A stretch of 64,000 nt of DNA. It comes from Rhizophagus irregularis. Taxonomy: Eukaryota. Shown one piece after another: positions 51,754 through 64,000 of the stretch (within the stretch, counting starts at the first letter, position 1; each line of letters starts with the position of its first letter). The notes beneath the pieces are model-generated. The model saw only the letters and a program-made list of their open reading frames with translations, had not been told where the DNA came from and searched no databases. The stretch is taken from NCBI RefSeq assembly GCF_026210795.1, contig NC_089431.1, forward strand, positions 3,596,001 through 3,660,000, read 5' to 3'. The position numbers and the translations under genes are program-made.

Positions 51754-52482
51754 CTTTAAAATATTAATAGAAAGGTTTTGTGTAAAAAAGAGAGTCAGAA
51801 ATGGAGAGAAATGAAATTGGATAAAGAAAAAAAATGATAAAAGCTTAATTTATGAGTTTAATTTGAGTTTAATAAAAGTTTAAATAAAACATCATAATGT
51901 CACACGATAATATCATTATTGTGCTTGCGTTGATAAATATACAATTATTAATCGCTACAAGCACTATAATTTATAATTATATATCACGTTATATCACATA
52001 GATCACGTGATATACCGTAATCTTAAACTTTTTATTTGCGTGTCGTCATATTCAAAATTCCTATTTTGATTTTAGAAAAAAACTTAATTCCATATCTTTG
52101 AATCTATAAATAATTGCAGGTTGAAGAAGCTAATTTATTAATTTCGTAATTACTAGTTGTATATATATATATGGAAAATGTTCAGGGTCTAAAATTCCAT
52201 CAATTTTGACATTAAATTGATTATTTTATTATTATAGAAAACAGACAAATATGAAAATACAATAAACAATAAAACCGATTAACCAAACACCTTTCTACGG
52301 GGTCCTCGGTCCCGCCATTTTAGATCATGTGATGCAAGACCGAAAGACTGCTAAGCGTATTTAAACCAATTTCATCACTAGTTTATTCATCCGAAAATAT
52401 GAATACAGGTCTCTTAATAGAACTTCAATTATAATAATCATTTTTTTGGAGTTAAAGAGAATGGACATATTGAACTACCTTT

Positions 52483-53044
52483 TCAATATTTGAATTTTCT
52501 CCATTTTCTCCCATTAATAGGTGTTAAAATTTGTGAACTAGATCTTGATAAATATCTTCTTGAATTTAACTCAGGTTCTTTACTCCACATTTGAGCAGTG
52601 ATAATGGATGCCACTTTATTATTCATTCCAGGATTTTCAGCCAAAACTTTACGTTGCACATGTTTACGATATATCATAAAACAATTTTTTTAGTGTGGAA
52701 TATAACCGTTATTTTTACTTTTTCTTCAAGGACTTTGAGAAGTATTTTTATTATCAGAGGTCAGATTAGGGGCAATAAATTTAGGTGAAGTAGAACAATT
52801 ATAAGAGGTAGAAGAAGTAACAGAACAAGTTGAAGAAAGTGGAATTGGACCGGAATCTGCAGAACTTGAAGAGTTATCGGGATTACCATCCTTTGATACT
52901 AAATAAACTTCGTATCATTTTGGGATATAATAAAGATCATATTCAGGTTTTTCTGTTCTGGCAGGAACTATCTGTCGAAGTTTTGATGTTGATGATGTTG
53001 TTGTAGAAGAGTTTTGTGTTTCCTGAACCGGTAAATGTAGACAT
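52483..53044 (-). pseudogene. HMG-box (MATA-HMG-like) pseudogene
   Basis: YIPH*KNCFMIYRKHVQRKVLAENPGMNNKVASIITAQMWSKEP resembles the HMG-box pattern IPRPxNxFMxYR..NPxxxNxxISxxxxxMWxxE; stops and frameshifts upstream. Confidence 0.7.
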
Positions 53045-54294
53045 GTTTATAATATATTTTTTTTTTTTACTCATTTTAATTTTAATTTGAAAATTTTTTT
53101 TTCGCTCACAGAGAAAAAAAACTGTATTTTTGTTTTGATAAATGTGACAGTTCAAAATCCGGACACTCATATAATTTTTGTTCAAGAGTATTGTATAAAT
53201 TATCTGATGAAACCAGAAATATAGTTCATCAACAAGTTTTTGTGGACTTTGAAAATTTCTTACACATGAATAGATTGGATTAAATAAATCTGTAAATTAA
53301 ATGTGACACAAATGACTTTAACGAAGAGAGAAAAATAAAGTTGGTTCCACACGAGAACTTTTATTTATTATTAAGGGGGTTTAATACTTTAATTAGAGTC
53401 GATTTGTTTGTTGTGTATTTCATTATTGCCATGTGCATATATGGCAATAATCTTATTACCCAATTACTGTAATTCTATTCTTGTAAAAATTATGAAGAAT
53501 TTCTATAGGAGAATAATTTATATAAATAAATTAAATAATGAACTAATTTAAATTCAAAGAGAAAAAAAGAAAATTCAGATATAAGAAAAAATAAAAATAA
53601 AATATCTACCTTAATTACGCTCCAATGTAGTAGAATTATTTGGATGAACGGTATTAAAACAGTATTTGTAAACTACGATACAAAGGATGTAACATAAATT
53701 ATTGTAAAAATTATTACATCAATTAGGTTTATCGTTATATTTACAAGAAATCAAATCGTGAGAGAAACATGATGATTACTGAATATTTCGATTATTAAAA
53801 CACTAAAAGATTTGTTGGTTGCCGATCGTACTAAAATAGAAAAGCTTGATTTGAAATGTATTTATATAATCAGCAAATCAATACCAAAGATGGGGGAACA
53901 GCATCTTAAAATGGAAATCACTCAAAAACTAATCTTATGTTAACGTTAAGTTAACGTTAACCTATCATGACATGTCAATCATTTCAAGTCATAACAATAA
54001 CGTGACGCGCCACCCACCCACCCATAGGGTGATATTGCACTTATATAGAATGATCTTTCTTGCTTAAAAATTATGGGATAAAATTTTTAGCAAATCATGT
54101 GAAAACTGAATAATTTTTTTGTTAGCCAAAAATGATCAACAACCGGATGACAAATTTTAATATTATGTAAATAAACAATTTGTTTGTATTACTTATTTAA
54201 ATATAGATACATTTTTTTTTATTTTGAACCAAAAAATAAACAATAATCAAATGGTAAATTTTCATTATCGTCGTCATTACATTATCGTTATAAT

Positions 54295-55191
54295 TAAAGT
54301 TCCCTGCCGAAATTAGGGAGTTTCGGCATGTCAAAATTGTCAAAACTATTTTGACATGTCAAAATTGTCGAAACCTAAAAATATTACATTTCACGTAATA
54401 ACTCGGCGTCCAATGATCATAGAAAGATGCACCATAGCTCGTTGGAATCGTCTCATAACGACGAGTCGAATGGTGGCTAAATCGTCTTTCTACGATCACT
54501 GGATGCCGAGATATTAAGCGAAACGTCAAAAATCGGCATTTTGTATTTTGCGATACTGCGCCATTTGACGTTTCACTTAATAACTCGGCATCCAATGATC
54601 GTAGAAAGATGCACCATAGCTCGTTGGAATCGTCTCATAACGACGAGTCGAATGGTGGTTAGATCGTCTTTCTACGATCACTGGATGCCGAGATATTGAG
54701 CGAAACGTCAAAAATCGGCATTTTGTATTTTGCGCTACTGCGCCGTTTGACGTTTCGTCTATTATCTCGGCATCCAATGATCGTAGAAAGATGATTTAAC
54801 CACCATTCGACTCGTCGTTATGAGACGAATCCAACGAGCTATGGTGCATCTTTCTACAATCATTGGATGCCGAGTTATTAAGTGAAACGTCAAATGGCGC
54901 AGTATCGCAAAATACAAAATGCTGATTTTTGACGTTTCGCTCAATATCTCGGCATCCAGTGATCGTAGAAAGACGATCTAACCACCATTCGACTCGTCGT
55001 TATGAGACGATTCCAACGAGCTATGGTGCATCTTTCTACGATCATTGGACGCCGAGTTATTACGTGAAACGTAATATTTTTAGGTTTCGACAATTTTGAC
55101 ATGTCGAAACTATTTCGGCATTTCGGCATTTCTACAGGTTTTAGTTTCGACATTTCGACAATAGCCTGTAGAGTTTTGGCAGGCAACTTTA
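54295..55191. mobile_element. Non-autonomous hAT element forming a long palindrome
   Basis: Perfect 8-bp TSD GTTATAAT (54287-94, 55192-99); TIR TAAAGTT(C/G)CCTGCC; 182-bp units at 54399 and 54581 (forward) and 54763 and 54945 (inverted). Confidence 0.88.
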
Positions 55192-57280
55192 GTTATAATG
55201 CTATCATGAAAATTTTTTCAGGGTAGTAATTCTAAAAATGATTAACAATCAGATAATAAGATTGTTGTTTTATTATAATGTTATCATAAAATTTTTTTTT
55301 CTCAACAATTGGATGATAAAATTAAATAAATGTTATATCAAGTAATTTTTTATTTTGAAACAAAACAATAAACAACAACTAAATGGTAAAATTTCATTAT
55401 CATTGTCTTATTATTATGATATTCAGTTATCATAATTTTCCAGAACTAAAAATGATCAGCAATCGGATAGTAGAATTGTTTTATTACAATATAATCGTGA
55501 AAAATTTTTTTCCAGAGCCGTAATTCCAAAAATGATGATAGTAAATATTAAATAAATGCTTTATCAAGTAATAAACAATCTTTCTGTATTGTTATTTAAA
55601 GTTAATCACATATCCTGATATATATATTTTTTTATTTTTAAACCAAAAAATAAACAACAATCAAGATAATTAACCTTAAAATGATTAACAAGTGAAATAA
55701 CTAAGCCAAAAATGATTAACAAGCAAAATAAACCGAAAATGATCATCCTTTACCAAATGAGAAAAAAATTATGTTAATAGCTAGTTAAGAGTAATTTCTC
55801 ATTTTTTTTTATAGATATGTTAAATATAATCAAAAATTTTGCAAATAAAGTGAAAGTTATGGTTTGGCTAGAAAAGCCCGGCGAGCGAAGCGAGCCAAAT
55901 GAAATTGCATCATCATAATAAATCACATGAATATTTAATACACAATCACATGATCTACCAGTAATTTTTCCACCAGTTAAAATTTAGAAATTCTCTTTAA
56001 ATCTTAAAAACTATTTATCATAATAATTATGATACTGTATGGTAGTATAAACCAACTTAATTAAAAAAAAAGTCAGAATTATTACAGTTCTAATTATACT
56101 ATGACTATAGCTCCCTGCCATGTTTAATGTTAACTTGTTTAAACTGATAAATTATCATGTGATCCATTGCTTTCTTTTTTAGGTAAGGTGCGAATAAGCT
56201 TTATAAGAAATCCGATTTAACCGTACGTGGTATTAATCAATTATCATGTTATTAAACATATAAATTTTTTGAAGACAACAAATACACCGAATTTCGCTCA
56301 TTGGTGACGTCACTTTTCAAATTTCGTCAATTATTGTGTATTTATTTAAATAGCTTATTTCGATTAATTCTTGGTGTTATCAAGGAGAGAGATAAATATA
56401 CGTTGAAAAAAAGAGACTATAAATATTGATTCAATCAAATATAATTATTTATAAATTAAACCGCATCAATATTGTATACATCTATCGAGTTCATCGTAAA
56501 ATTTGCGAAAAATTATGATTTAATATTCGATTAAATACCACGTGAAAATTAAAGCCGTAAAGTTCACTTCGGTCACTCTAACGTTTCCCTTCTCAAATTG
56601 TTTACACATTTCAAAGTTCATATTTAAGAAAGTCATCACCATAAATTTATATATATAATTATGATCAAAACGTACCCAGAGTTTTTGTGTAATTAAACTT
56701 ATTAATAATTCTTTAGGATAAACTGTACTGTTAATATTAATGCCATGAAAATTTCAGTTATTATTTTAATATGATTTATAATAACTCACAACTCCAAATT
56801 GTTTTATTAATTTGTGATCAGTGAGTCAGCGCAAAAAATTCATATATGATTTCGATGCAAATTTATGTCTTTCATGAATTAAATCATCAATAATTGGGAT
56901 TTATAGGGTCAGGAATGGTGATATAGCATCCGCGATGACGTTAAACTAGTAGGTAATCGGTGGATATTTGTGGATTAATTATGGTAATTGTGACGATGGG
57001 CAGTTTATTATGGAACTCGGGAATTGTTATAATTTTTATCGAATTTAATAAAATTTACTTTTGTAGCTTGTGGTGGAAGGCACATGACGATTATGACGCG
57101 ATTACGTTCGATCACTTGATAAATGTGATCCCCTGCAGAAGAGGGTGACATTTTAGTGTGATACCCTAATTGTCACACATTAATCGTTGCCTTGATCGAT
57201 GCCCTGCAATATTTATAATATACACCAATAAAAACAGTACACAGCGATCACGTGACAAATTGTACATATCGAAATTATTA

Positions 57281-57483
57281 TTGTCCGAAATGTTAGCGAA
57301 GGACTATTTACTGTACTGAACTAGCAAAATTTGTTTTAACCCCTGTCACAATCGACAATTTTATTTCCTTTTTTGAATATATATCACGATTATGTAACAC
57401 TACCCTAAAATATGTCAAATAAAACACGTAACACTTGCGAATTATGCAACGGAAGGACTTAAACGGTTTCCGTTTTCTACAGT
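57281..57483 (+). mobile_element. Degenerate HINE, same family as 41169-41446
   Basis: TTGTCCGAAATGTTAGCGAAGGACTAT ... GGACTTAAACGGTTTCCGTTTTCTACAGT. Confidence 0.65.
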
Positions 57484-58740
57484 AGTTCACTTTAATAACT
57501 TTAATAGCACTTATAAATTTTAATAGTGAAACAATACATTTACAATATTTCAATAACAAACTATATTGTTTTATAAATTTTTAACAAATTAACACTAAAA
57601 TATTATAAACACTAGCTAGCAAACCGGGACAACGCCTAGTCCTACTGGCTAGTTTTGAAATATTTTCCAAATAACCCTCATTTGCTTTTTGTATTCTGCT
57701 AATTAATGTCACAGTAATTCCATTAGCCACCATATAGGGACATCCAGAGTATCATGTGTCGGTTGTGTCCCCAGTTAACCGTTTAGTAGTTTAATAGATG
57801 TCAATAATAAGAAATAAGTCAAACCATTTTGCTCAACTTTACCGTAGAAGTTTGGAACCGAATTGACTTTAATTCTGGCCGGAAATATGCAATTGTGGTC
57901 ACATGTTCCAAGGCTTCAAAAGTTTTGATTACCCGTATCTTTTATGTATGATATTCGTTAATTTAAATGAATTCACCATATTAGGAATACCTATTATGTT
58001 CTTTGTGGTTTTACTCCTTAAATTATATTTCGTGTGAGCGATTTTAAGTATTAGTTTTAAAGCTTGATCGCGGTCGTGAAAACTTGGAAAATGATTTCTC
58101 TTCCAAAAGAATTAACAAGGCCGAATTTTTATTATAAATGAAAACATGAATTTAAACAATATCATGATTATAGCCTCGATAAGAAAATGATAATACTTCG
58201 AAAATAAATTAAACAAATTGATTAACAATATGTATATCTATTTATCCATAATGCGCGCTGATTAATAATAAGTTCTGAATTAGGGACGTAAATCTTATTT
58301 TTTTTAAAAAAAAAAATCAGATTACCAATATGACTATATCTTATACACCCATTTCATGTGACAATATAGCTGATAAAGTAAAACTCATAAGTAGTTGTTT
58401 TTGTAGAAGTACCATAAACAATGTGAAATCCTTATTATTTATGAACGAGTAATAGATATTTGTTTGTTGTAACCACTGAAAAACTTGTGATGTGTTGGCA
58501 AATACAGTTAGCCTCGCTATAAGATTATAACGAAGAATCTAAAAAATTTAATTTGCTGATTCATTATAACGAAAGATATTTGATGTATTTGGTTAAATGT
58601 CACAATTATTACATGTTGATAAGAAAATTCGAGTTCGTTATATTATGTAGTTTATACTTCTAAGTTTTTTGTACGTATTATACTAAAAGGAATTTTTTAT
58701 AAGTATTAATTACTTCATTAATCTTTCGTCGTAATTTAAT

Positions 58741-59463
58741 GGTTACGGTACATTTCGCCGAAGAGCCGTTTCACCGAAGCCATTTCGCCGAAAATGATAG
58801 AAATGATAGCGATTTTCACTTTTAAAAAAATATTAATCGCGCAATGAAAATAAAAAATTTTTTTATTTACTTACTAAATTACATCAGGAACCTTAATAAA
58901 AAAGTACATGAAAGACTCACTATTGGATAAAACCAAAGACTATCGTTAATAGTTAAAAAATTAAACCGTGAAATATTAATAATGAATGTTGCGTGAATTT
59001 ACTAGCATTTATTTAGAAATAATATTAAAATAATATATAGATTTAGTAGTTTATTTTATTTTTACGCAGTTTATTTTTGTATGTATTTGTATATACTGCA
59101 GTTTTTGATGATCGAAAGTAGCTTTATAGGTATGATATTTAGTATAAAAACAATAAAATAAACAAATGTAATTGTCCGGAGCGTAGCGAAGGACTATTTA
59201 TTGTACGGAACTAGATAAATTTGCAGTACCGGTTTAACCCATGTATTTTTCCTTCCTTCCACCTACGTCACTATAATTTAGCCCCTGCTTATTTCCTTTT
59301 ATGTTTGTATCACATTTTTTGTAACGCTTTATTTTTAGCAACACATTTTGTGTAACCATTTATATATGTATGTAAACGTATTAAGCGACGGGACCCTCAA
59401 CGGTTTCCGTTTTCCTAGTAAATAATGTTTCGGCGAAATGGCTTCGGGAAATGTCCTGATACC
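58741..59463. mobile_element. MULE-like MITE with 8-bp TSD
   Basis: AATTTAAT at 58733-40 and 59464-71; ends GGTTACGGTACATTTCGCCGAA / TTCGGCGAAATGGCTTCGGGAAATGTCCTGATACC with tandem subterminal repeats. Confidence 0.75.
59172..59419 (+). mobile_element. HINE nested in the MULE-like MITE
   Basis: TTGTCCGGAGCGTAGCGAAGGACTAT ... AACGGTTTCCGTT-TTCCTAGT. Confidence 0.75.
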
Positions 59464-61017
59464 AATTTAATATTATAAAGTTTGACTTGAATAAAATAAA
59501 AAAAAATTTTTTTTTTAAATAGTTGATTTTACTGTATAATGCAAGAACGAAAAAAAAATGATTTCCTGGATGGATTCAGACAAAAATAAGAGTAAAAATG
59601 CAAAACATTGTTTTTTTCGGAATTATCCTCATCATAAAATCAATTTTTAAAAGCAATATAATTTGATATTTATTTTCTCAATTTAAATATGATTTTAAAT
59701 CACAAAGATTTATCCTCACTAACGGGTAAATGGGTAATAAGATTATTATCGCCGTTTATGATATGAGCAGTTTATTTGTGATTGAATATTCGAATATCAA
59801 TATTAGTCTGGTTATCGTCTGGTTTTCGGATTCCTTTTTTTTTTATTCAAATATAGTAGTAACTGCGATAAAATCCATAATTAAAATGTCTTGATAAAAT
59901 ATGTTCGCATATTGTGAAAAATTTTTATTATTAAATTTATCGCCATGGTGTGCGCAGTTTATTTGTGATTATATATTCGAATGGTTTCTTTTTTTTTATT
60001 CAAATTTAAATGCGTACATAATTTTGAAAACAGCGATAAAAAGCGTTTAACAATTAAATCAAAAGCACTATCATACTATAGTACATGTTGTACTACTACA
60101 GCTTAAATGAATAACTCGAATGGTTTCATTGACGCTTGACGAAATTTTAATATTTTTATTTTATTTTAACAAAAAATAGGCAATTACAATCATACCATTA
60201 TCGTATAAACAATACCCCTGGGAATATTTATATATTAGGATGAAATTCATTGAAATTATATAATATTTAATATTTCAATTAAACTCAATTTTTTCTTTGG
60301 GTTTTTTGTGTATTTATTTATTTGGTATCATGTAGGGTTGTTTTTCCTGTCGATACTTTGTTTAACAGAGAGAAGAGGTATCGCAAAAATAAAAATTATT
60401 ATTTGTGCAATCCAATTAGCGGGTAATTTTTACAATTATTTATTAGTGTTATATATTTTTTTTTTCGGATTTCATGACTTTCTATTTTAACTTCTACACT
60501 ACTTCCACTGTTGAACATAGAAGCAGGTTTTAAAATTCTCACCCTCAAAAAAGAAACTCGTTCCAACGTCCCTTATTTGTTTCTTCAATCATTATGTAAA
60601 TACTGTCATACACGGATTGAACGGATTGTAAATACTTTGTTTAACATAACCCCTTGATTACCAAAATTCATTATACTCATGTGACATTTACGTTGAATAA
60701 TGATTGGGTATATGAAAATCTCGTAATACAAATAATAATTGACACGTAAACAATTCAAACGATACAAACAGTAATGCGTCTTTTGAAAGTTCGACAATAA
60801 TGAAATTTACGAAAATTATGTAGAAAAACTTTATAGTGGCTTGTGACACATTCGTCAAGCTGTACACGATTAATTTAATAGAGTAAAATTTTGGAGTTAT
60901 AATAACTAAAACTCCGTTCTGAAAAACCTTATCGTTTTTTTTTCACATTTTTCTTTCTTTCTTTTTTTTTTTTACCTTTCAAATTAATAATTAGAAAATT
61001 AATAGAAAAAAAAAATT

Positions 61018-62950
61018 ATGCCTCCAATTCGTAAAGAATTAATTGCTGCAATTAATAAAGCGATTATATTGGTAGATCATAATATTCATAGAAATATAGA
61101 CCAACAATTCGAATTCATAAAAAAAACGGTTCTTGAAGATGATTCCTTTACAAATGATGAAAAGGTTGAAGCAAAAAGAGAAATAGAAAAGATTTATGAT
61201 CGAAATAAAATCTTTTTTAATGAAGGAAAAAAAAGAATTTGTGAAAATTGTAATCAAAAATGTTTAGCTACATTATATTGTGAATATTGTATACGAAATT
61301 ATTTAAAGGATAATTTTTTAAAGTGGACATCCGGAAATAATGAACTTGATAATTTAATACAAAAGTGTCAAATGGAATCACTTGAACCGGAGAAAATAAT
61401 TGAATGGATTCCATTTAATAATTTACAAAATATTAATTATTTAACGAAAGGTGGATTTTCGGAAATTTATTCAGCAGATTGGATTGATGGGCATTACAAT
61501 GAATGGGATTCTAATGAAAGACAATTAAGAAGATTTGGAAGACATAAAGTAATACTTAAAAGACTAGGAAGTTTTGAAAGTGCTAATTATAATTGGTTTG
61601 GAGAGGTTTGTAATCTAAATAGCGACATAGTTATCTGCTGTTATATCTAATTAGTATATATTTATATAGTACATGTTTTTTTTTACAGGCCAAATCACAT
61701 TTAACTATAAGCAGTAAATATTCAGAGATTGTTACATGTTATGGATTAACGAAACATCAATCAAATGGAGATTACATGCTTGTAATGATCGTAATAATGG
61801 ATGTAAATTTAAGAGAATATTTAAAAATGAACCATAATCAACTTACATGGAAAGAAAGAACACAAATCATTTTTGATATAATTTTTGCACTTTCAAAAAT
61901 TCATAATGAAAATGAAATTCATAGAGATTTACATTCCGGAAATATATTATTTAATCAAATTGATCCAAGATTCTTTATTAGTGATCTTGGATTTTGTGGT
62001 CCTATAGACAAACCATCAAAAAGCGTATACGGAAATCTTCCTTATATAGCACCTGAAGTTATTGCTGGAAAAGAATATACTTTTAAATCTGATATTTATA
62101 GTATTGCAATGATTATGTGGGAAATTTCCTCTGGTCAACCACCATTTGTTAATCATGAACATAATTATTATCTTGCAATGAATATAATTAATGGTATAAG
62201 ACCAAGAATAGTACCGGAACTCCCTTAAAGTATAAAAAATTAATGAAACAATGTTGGGATGCTGATCCATCGAAAAGACCTGATATTTACAAACTCAGAA
62301 ATATAATGAAAGAAATTAATATGTCATGCCAAAATGTGGAAGCAAATAATAATCTAAAAATAAATGGCACAAATAGTTTATCAGAATCAAACTTCACTAC
62401 CAGCAAAAGTAGAATTTATAATTCTGAAAATTTTCCTGAACCAAGGAATGCAACAGAAGGTATTATTTTGTATTGTAATCGACGTTTATTTATAAAATAT
62501 ATCATTAATCAGATCATTTCTTCTTTTTTAATAATAATAGAAGAACTTGAAGGTATATATATAAATCGACAATTTATATATAATAAATTATTTATTAATA
62601 ATTAACATTTATTTTATAATTTTTTTTTAGCGTTTCATAGTAAATCATATGGCTTTCAGATTCCTTTTGATGGTAAATGTTTATTAGTAATTTATATTTA
62701 TACGTGTCGTCGGAATTACCAAATTATTAATTTGGCATTTTAAATATTTTTTCTATTTTACGGTATTTGAATTACGGCATTACGGAAGTATTACGGATTA
62801 CGTATAACCTCCGTCCGTATGCAGTAATTAATTCCGGCGACAATTATATTTATATTTAAAATAATGAGATATTGATTGATTTTTTTGATTTTAGTTGACG
62901 ATTTTGAAAAATCGAGGAACAATATATCAAATATTATGAGCAATCTTTTA
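61018..62950 (+). pseudogene. TKL-like kinase with a single apparent frameshift (pseudogene or sequence error)
   Basis: Exon 61018-61605, exon from 61689; CxxC motifs, KGGFS, HRDLHSGN, DLG, YIAPE. One base is missing near 62216 (RIVPELP* instead of RIVPGTPLKYKKLMKQCW). Micro-exons follow; 3' end approximate. Confidence 0.75.
62703..62844. mobile_element. Small intronic MITE
   Basis: TGTCGTCGGAATTA / TAATTCCGGCGACA inverted ends; TATATTTATA on both flanks (low complexity); ATTACGG internal repeats. Confidence 0.55.
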
Positions 62951-63818
62951 AGGTAACTTTATTTTGCATATTCTAAAAATGACGCATTATTTAAACTCAT
63001 AAATATTAATTTTACATTAAAATTATTAAGATATATGGGAATATGATAACTCACGTGCTTTCTCATCATACTTCAGTTATTGATGGTATGCAAAACAATT
63101 CATCTAACTTTATGTAGTAACGATAACTTTTTTTTTTATTAAAATCACAATGATCCTAATATTCGATCAGAATTACTGACGCAATAATAGCAGCGGTCGT
63201 ATTAAATTATTTTCAACACTAAGATTAGAAAATTAAGATTTCATATACAAAATTTCTTAGTTTATAATTTTAGTTGTCTGATAAATTTTTAAGTTATTAA
63301 TAAGTATAAGCTTTCAACTTTTTCTTTTTTTTTTATGTAATAAATTTTAATGAATTAGTGTGCCATTTAAATTATTCAAATGTTTTAACGTTAACTGTTA
63401 AGATTGACAGATATATAAAGTGTCAGGTTTAATTCCGGTCAGAATTTATTTCCTATTATAGCAACTACTGACATTACCATAATTCCGACCCTGAAAAAAT
63501 GCGTACAGCTCATAGTAAAAATTTTTTTCATCACCTGACCTCTATATATATATTTCTGGGTCTTAGATTCTTCTATTACTGTATATTACAAAAGAAAGTA
63601 CAAAAGAAAGTACAATGTAATCAAAATAAAATTTTTAAAATAAAGTATTGTGAATATGTTCGACAATCAATAATGTACTAAGCTACATCAATTCACATGA
63701 CGAAAAATCGACTATAGGTCGTTATTATAAATATGATTGATCATTGATGTCATTTTAATTTGTAATACGATTAGTTATCATCTTCTTCCTTCTTTTTTTT
63801 TTTATTTAAAAATTTAAA

Positions 63819-64000
63819 ATGGATGAAAACTTTTTACCAAAATTATCACAAAATTTGCTTGAAATTCTAAACGATGATGAATACTATGATGTTACGATAG
63901 AAGTTGGTAATAATCCTTACGTAAAAATATTTCGTGCTCATTTAGTTATTTTAAGTTATCGTTCTTCTTATTTGCGAAGAATTTTATCAACTAATAAAAA
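63819..64000 (+). CDS. BTB/POZ domain protein, 5' part (runs off the window)
   Basis: MDENFLPKLSQNLLEILNDDEYYDVTIEVGNNPYVKIFRAHLVILSYRSSYLRRILSTNK, closely similar to exon 1 of the genes at 10332 and 19407. Confidence 0.9.
   Translation, partial: MDENFLPKLSQNLLEILNDDEYYDVTIEVGNNPYVKIFRAHLVILSYRSSYLRRILSTNK

Noticed and set aside
54399..55060. CRISPR-like repeat/spacer appearance
   Set aside because: The 'spacers' are copies of each other, units are 182 bp, the context is eukaryotic and there are no cas genes.
54359..55186. Four repeated ORFs (..RHPVIVERR..FYDHWMP..)
   Set aside because: They are translations of the 182-bp repeat units of a non-coding hAT MITE.
55862..55900. GCGAGCGAAGCGAGC/CTAG Helitron-like terminus (similar GC-rich islands at ~41818 and ~54003)
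   Set aside because: No matching opposite end could be identified, so element limits are unsupported.
2707..62270. Short antisense or overlapping ORFs (e.g. 2707, 3613, 7397, 17247, 30239, 40545, 48546, 61039, 62016)
   Set aside because: Shadow or alternative-frame ORFs overlapping better-supported genes.

Overview
Very AT-rich, intron-containing eukaryotic DNA whose gene families (TKL-like kinases, SEL1 repeats, BTB-BACK-TLDc, F-box, Crinkler, MATA-HMG) point to an arbuscular mycorrhizal fungus (Rhizophagus-like; inferred from family content). Positions 1-31 kb and 61-64 kb hold expanded signalling/ubiquitin gene families, several pseudogenised. Positions 31-60 kb are a nested transposon field: an intact-looking PIF/Harbinger, a Crypton tyrosine recombinase with one stop, hAT and MULE-like non-autonomous elements, Helentron-type HINEs, Helitron remnants, and an RT-less retroelement with a 19-bp TSD; a Tc1 derivative lies at 19.8 kb. 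The most striking item is at the left edge. A 12-exon minus-strand gene encodes pseudokinase-kinase-SEL1 repeats-MACPF-like domain(s); its last visible exon is absent from the ORF track. It lies head-to-head with a stand-alone MACPF-like gene sharing the same motifs, suggesting a candidate sensor/pore-former (immunity or cell-death) pair. All domain calls come from manual motif reading, not database searches.
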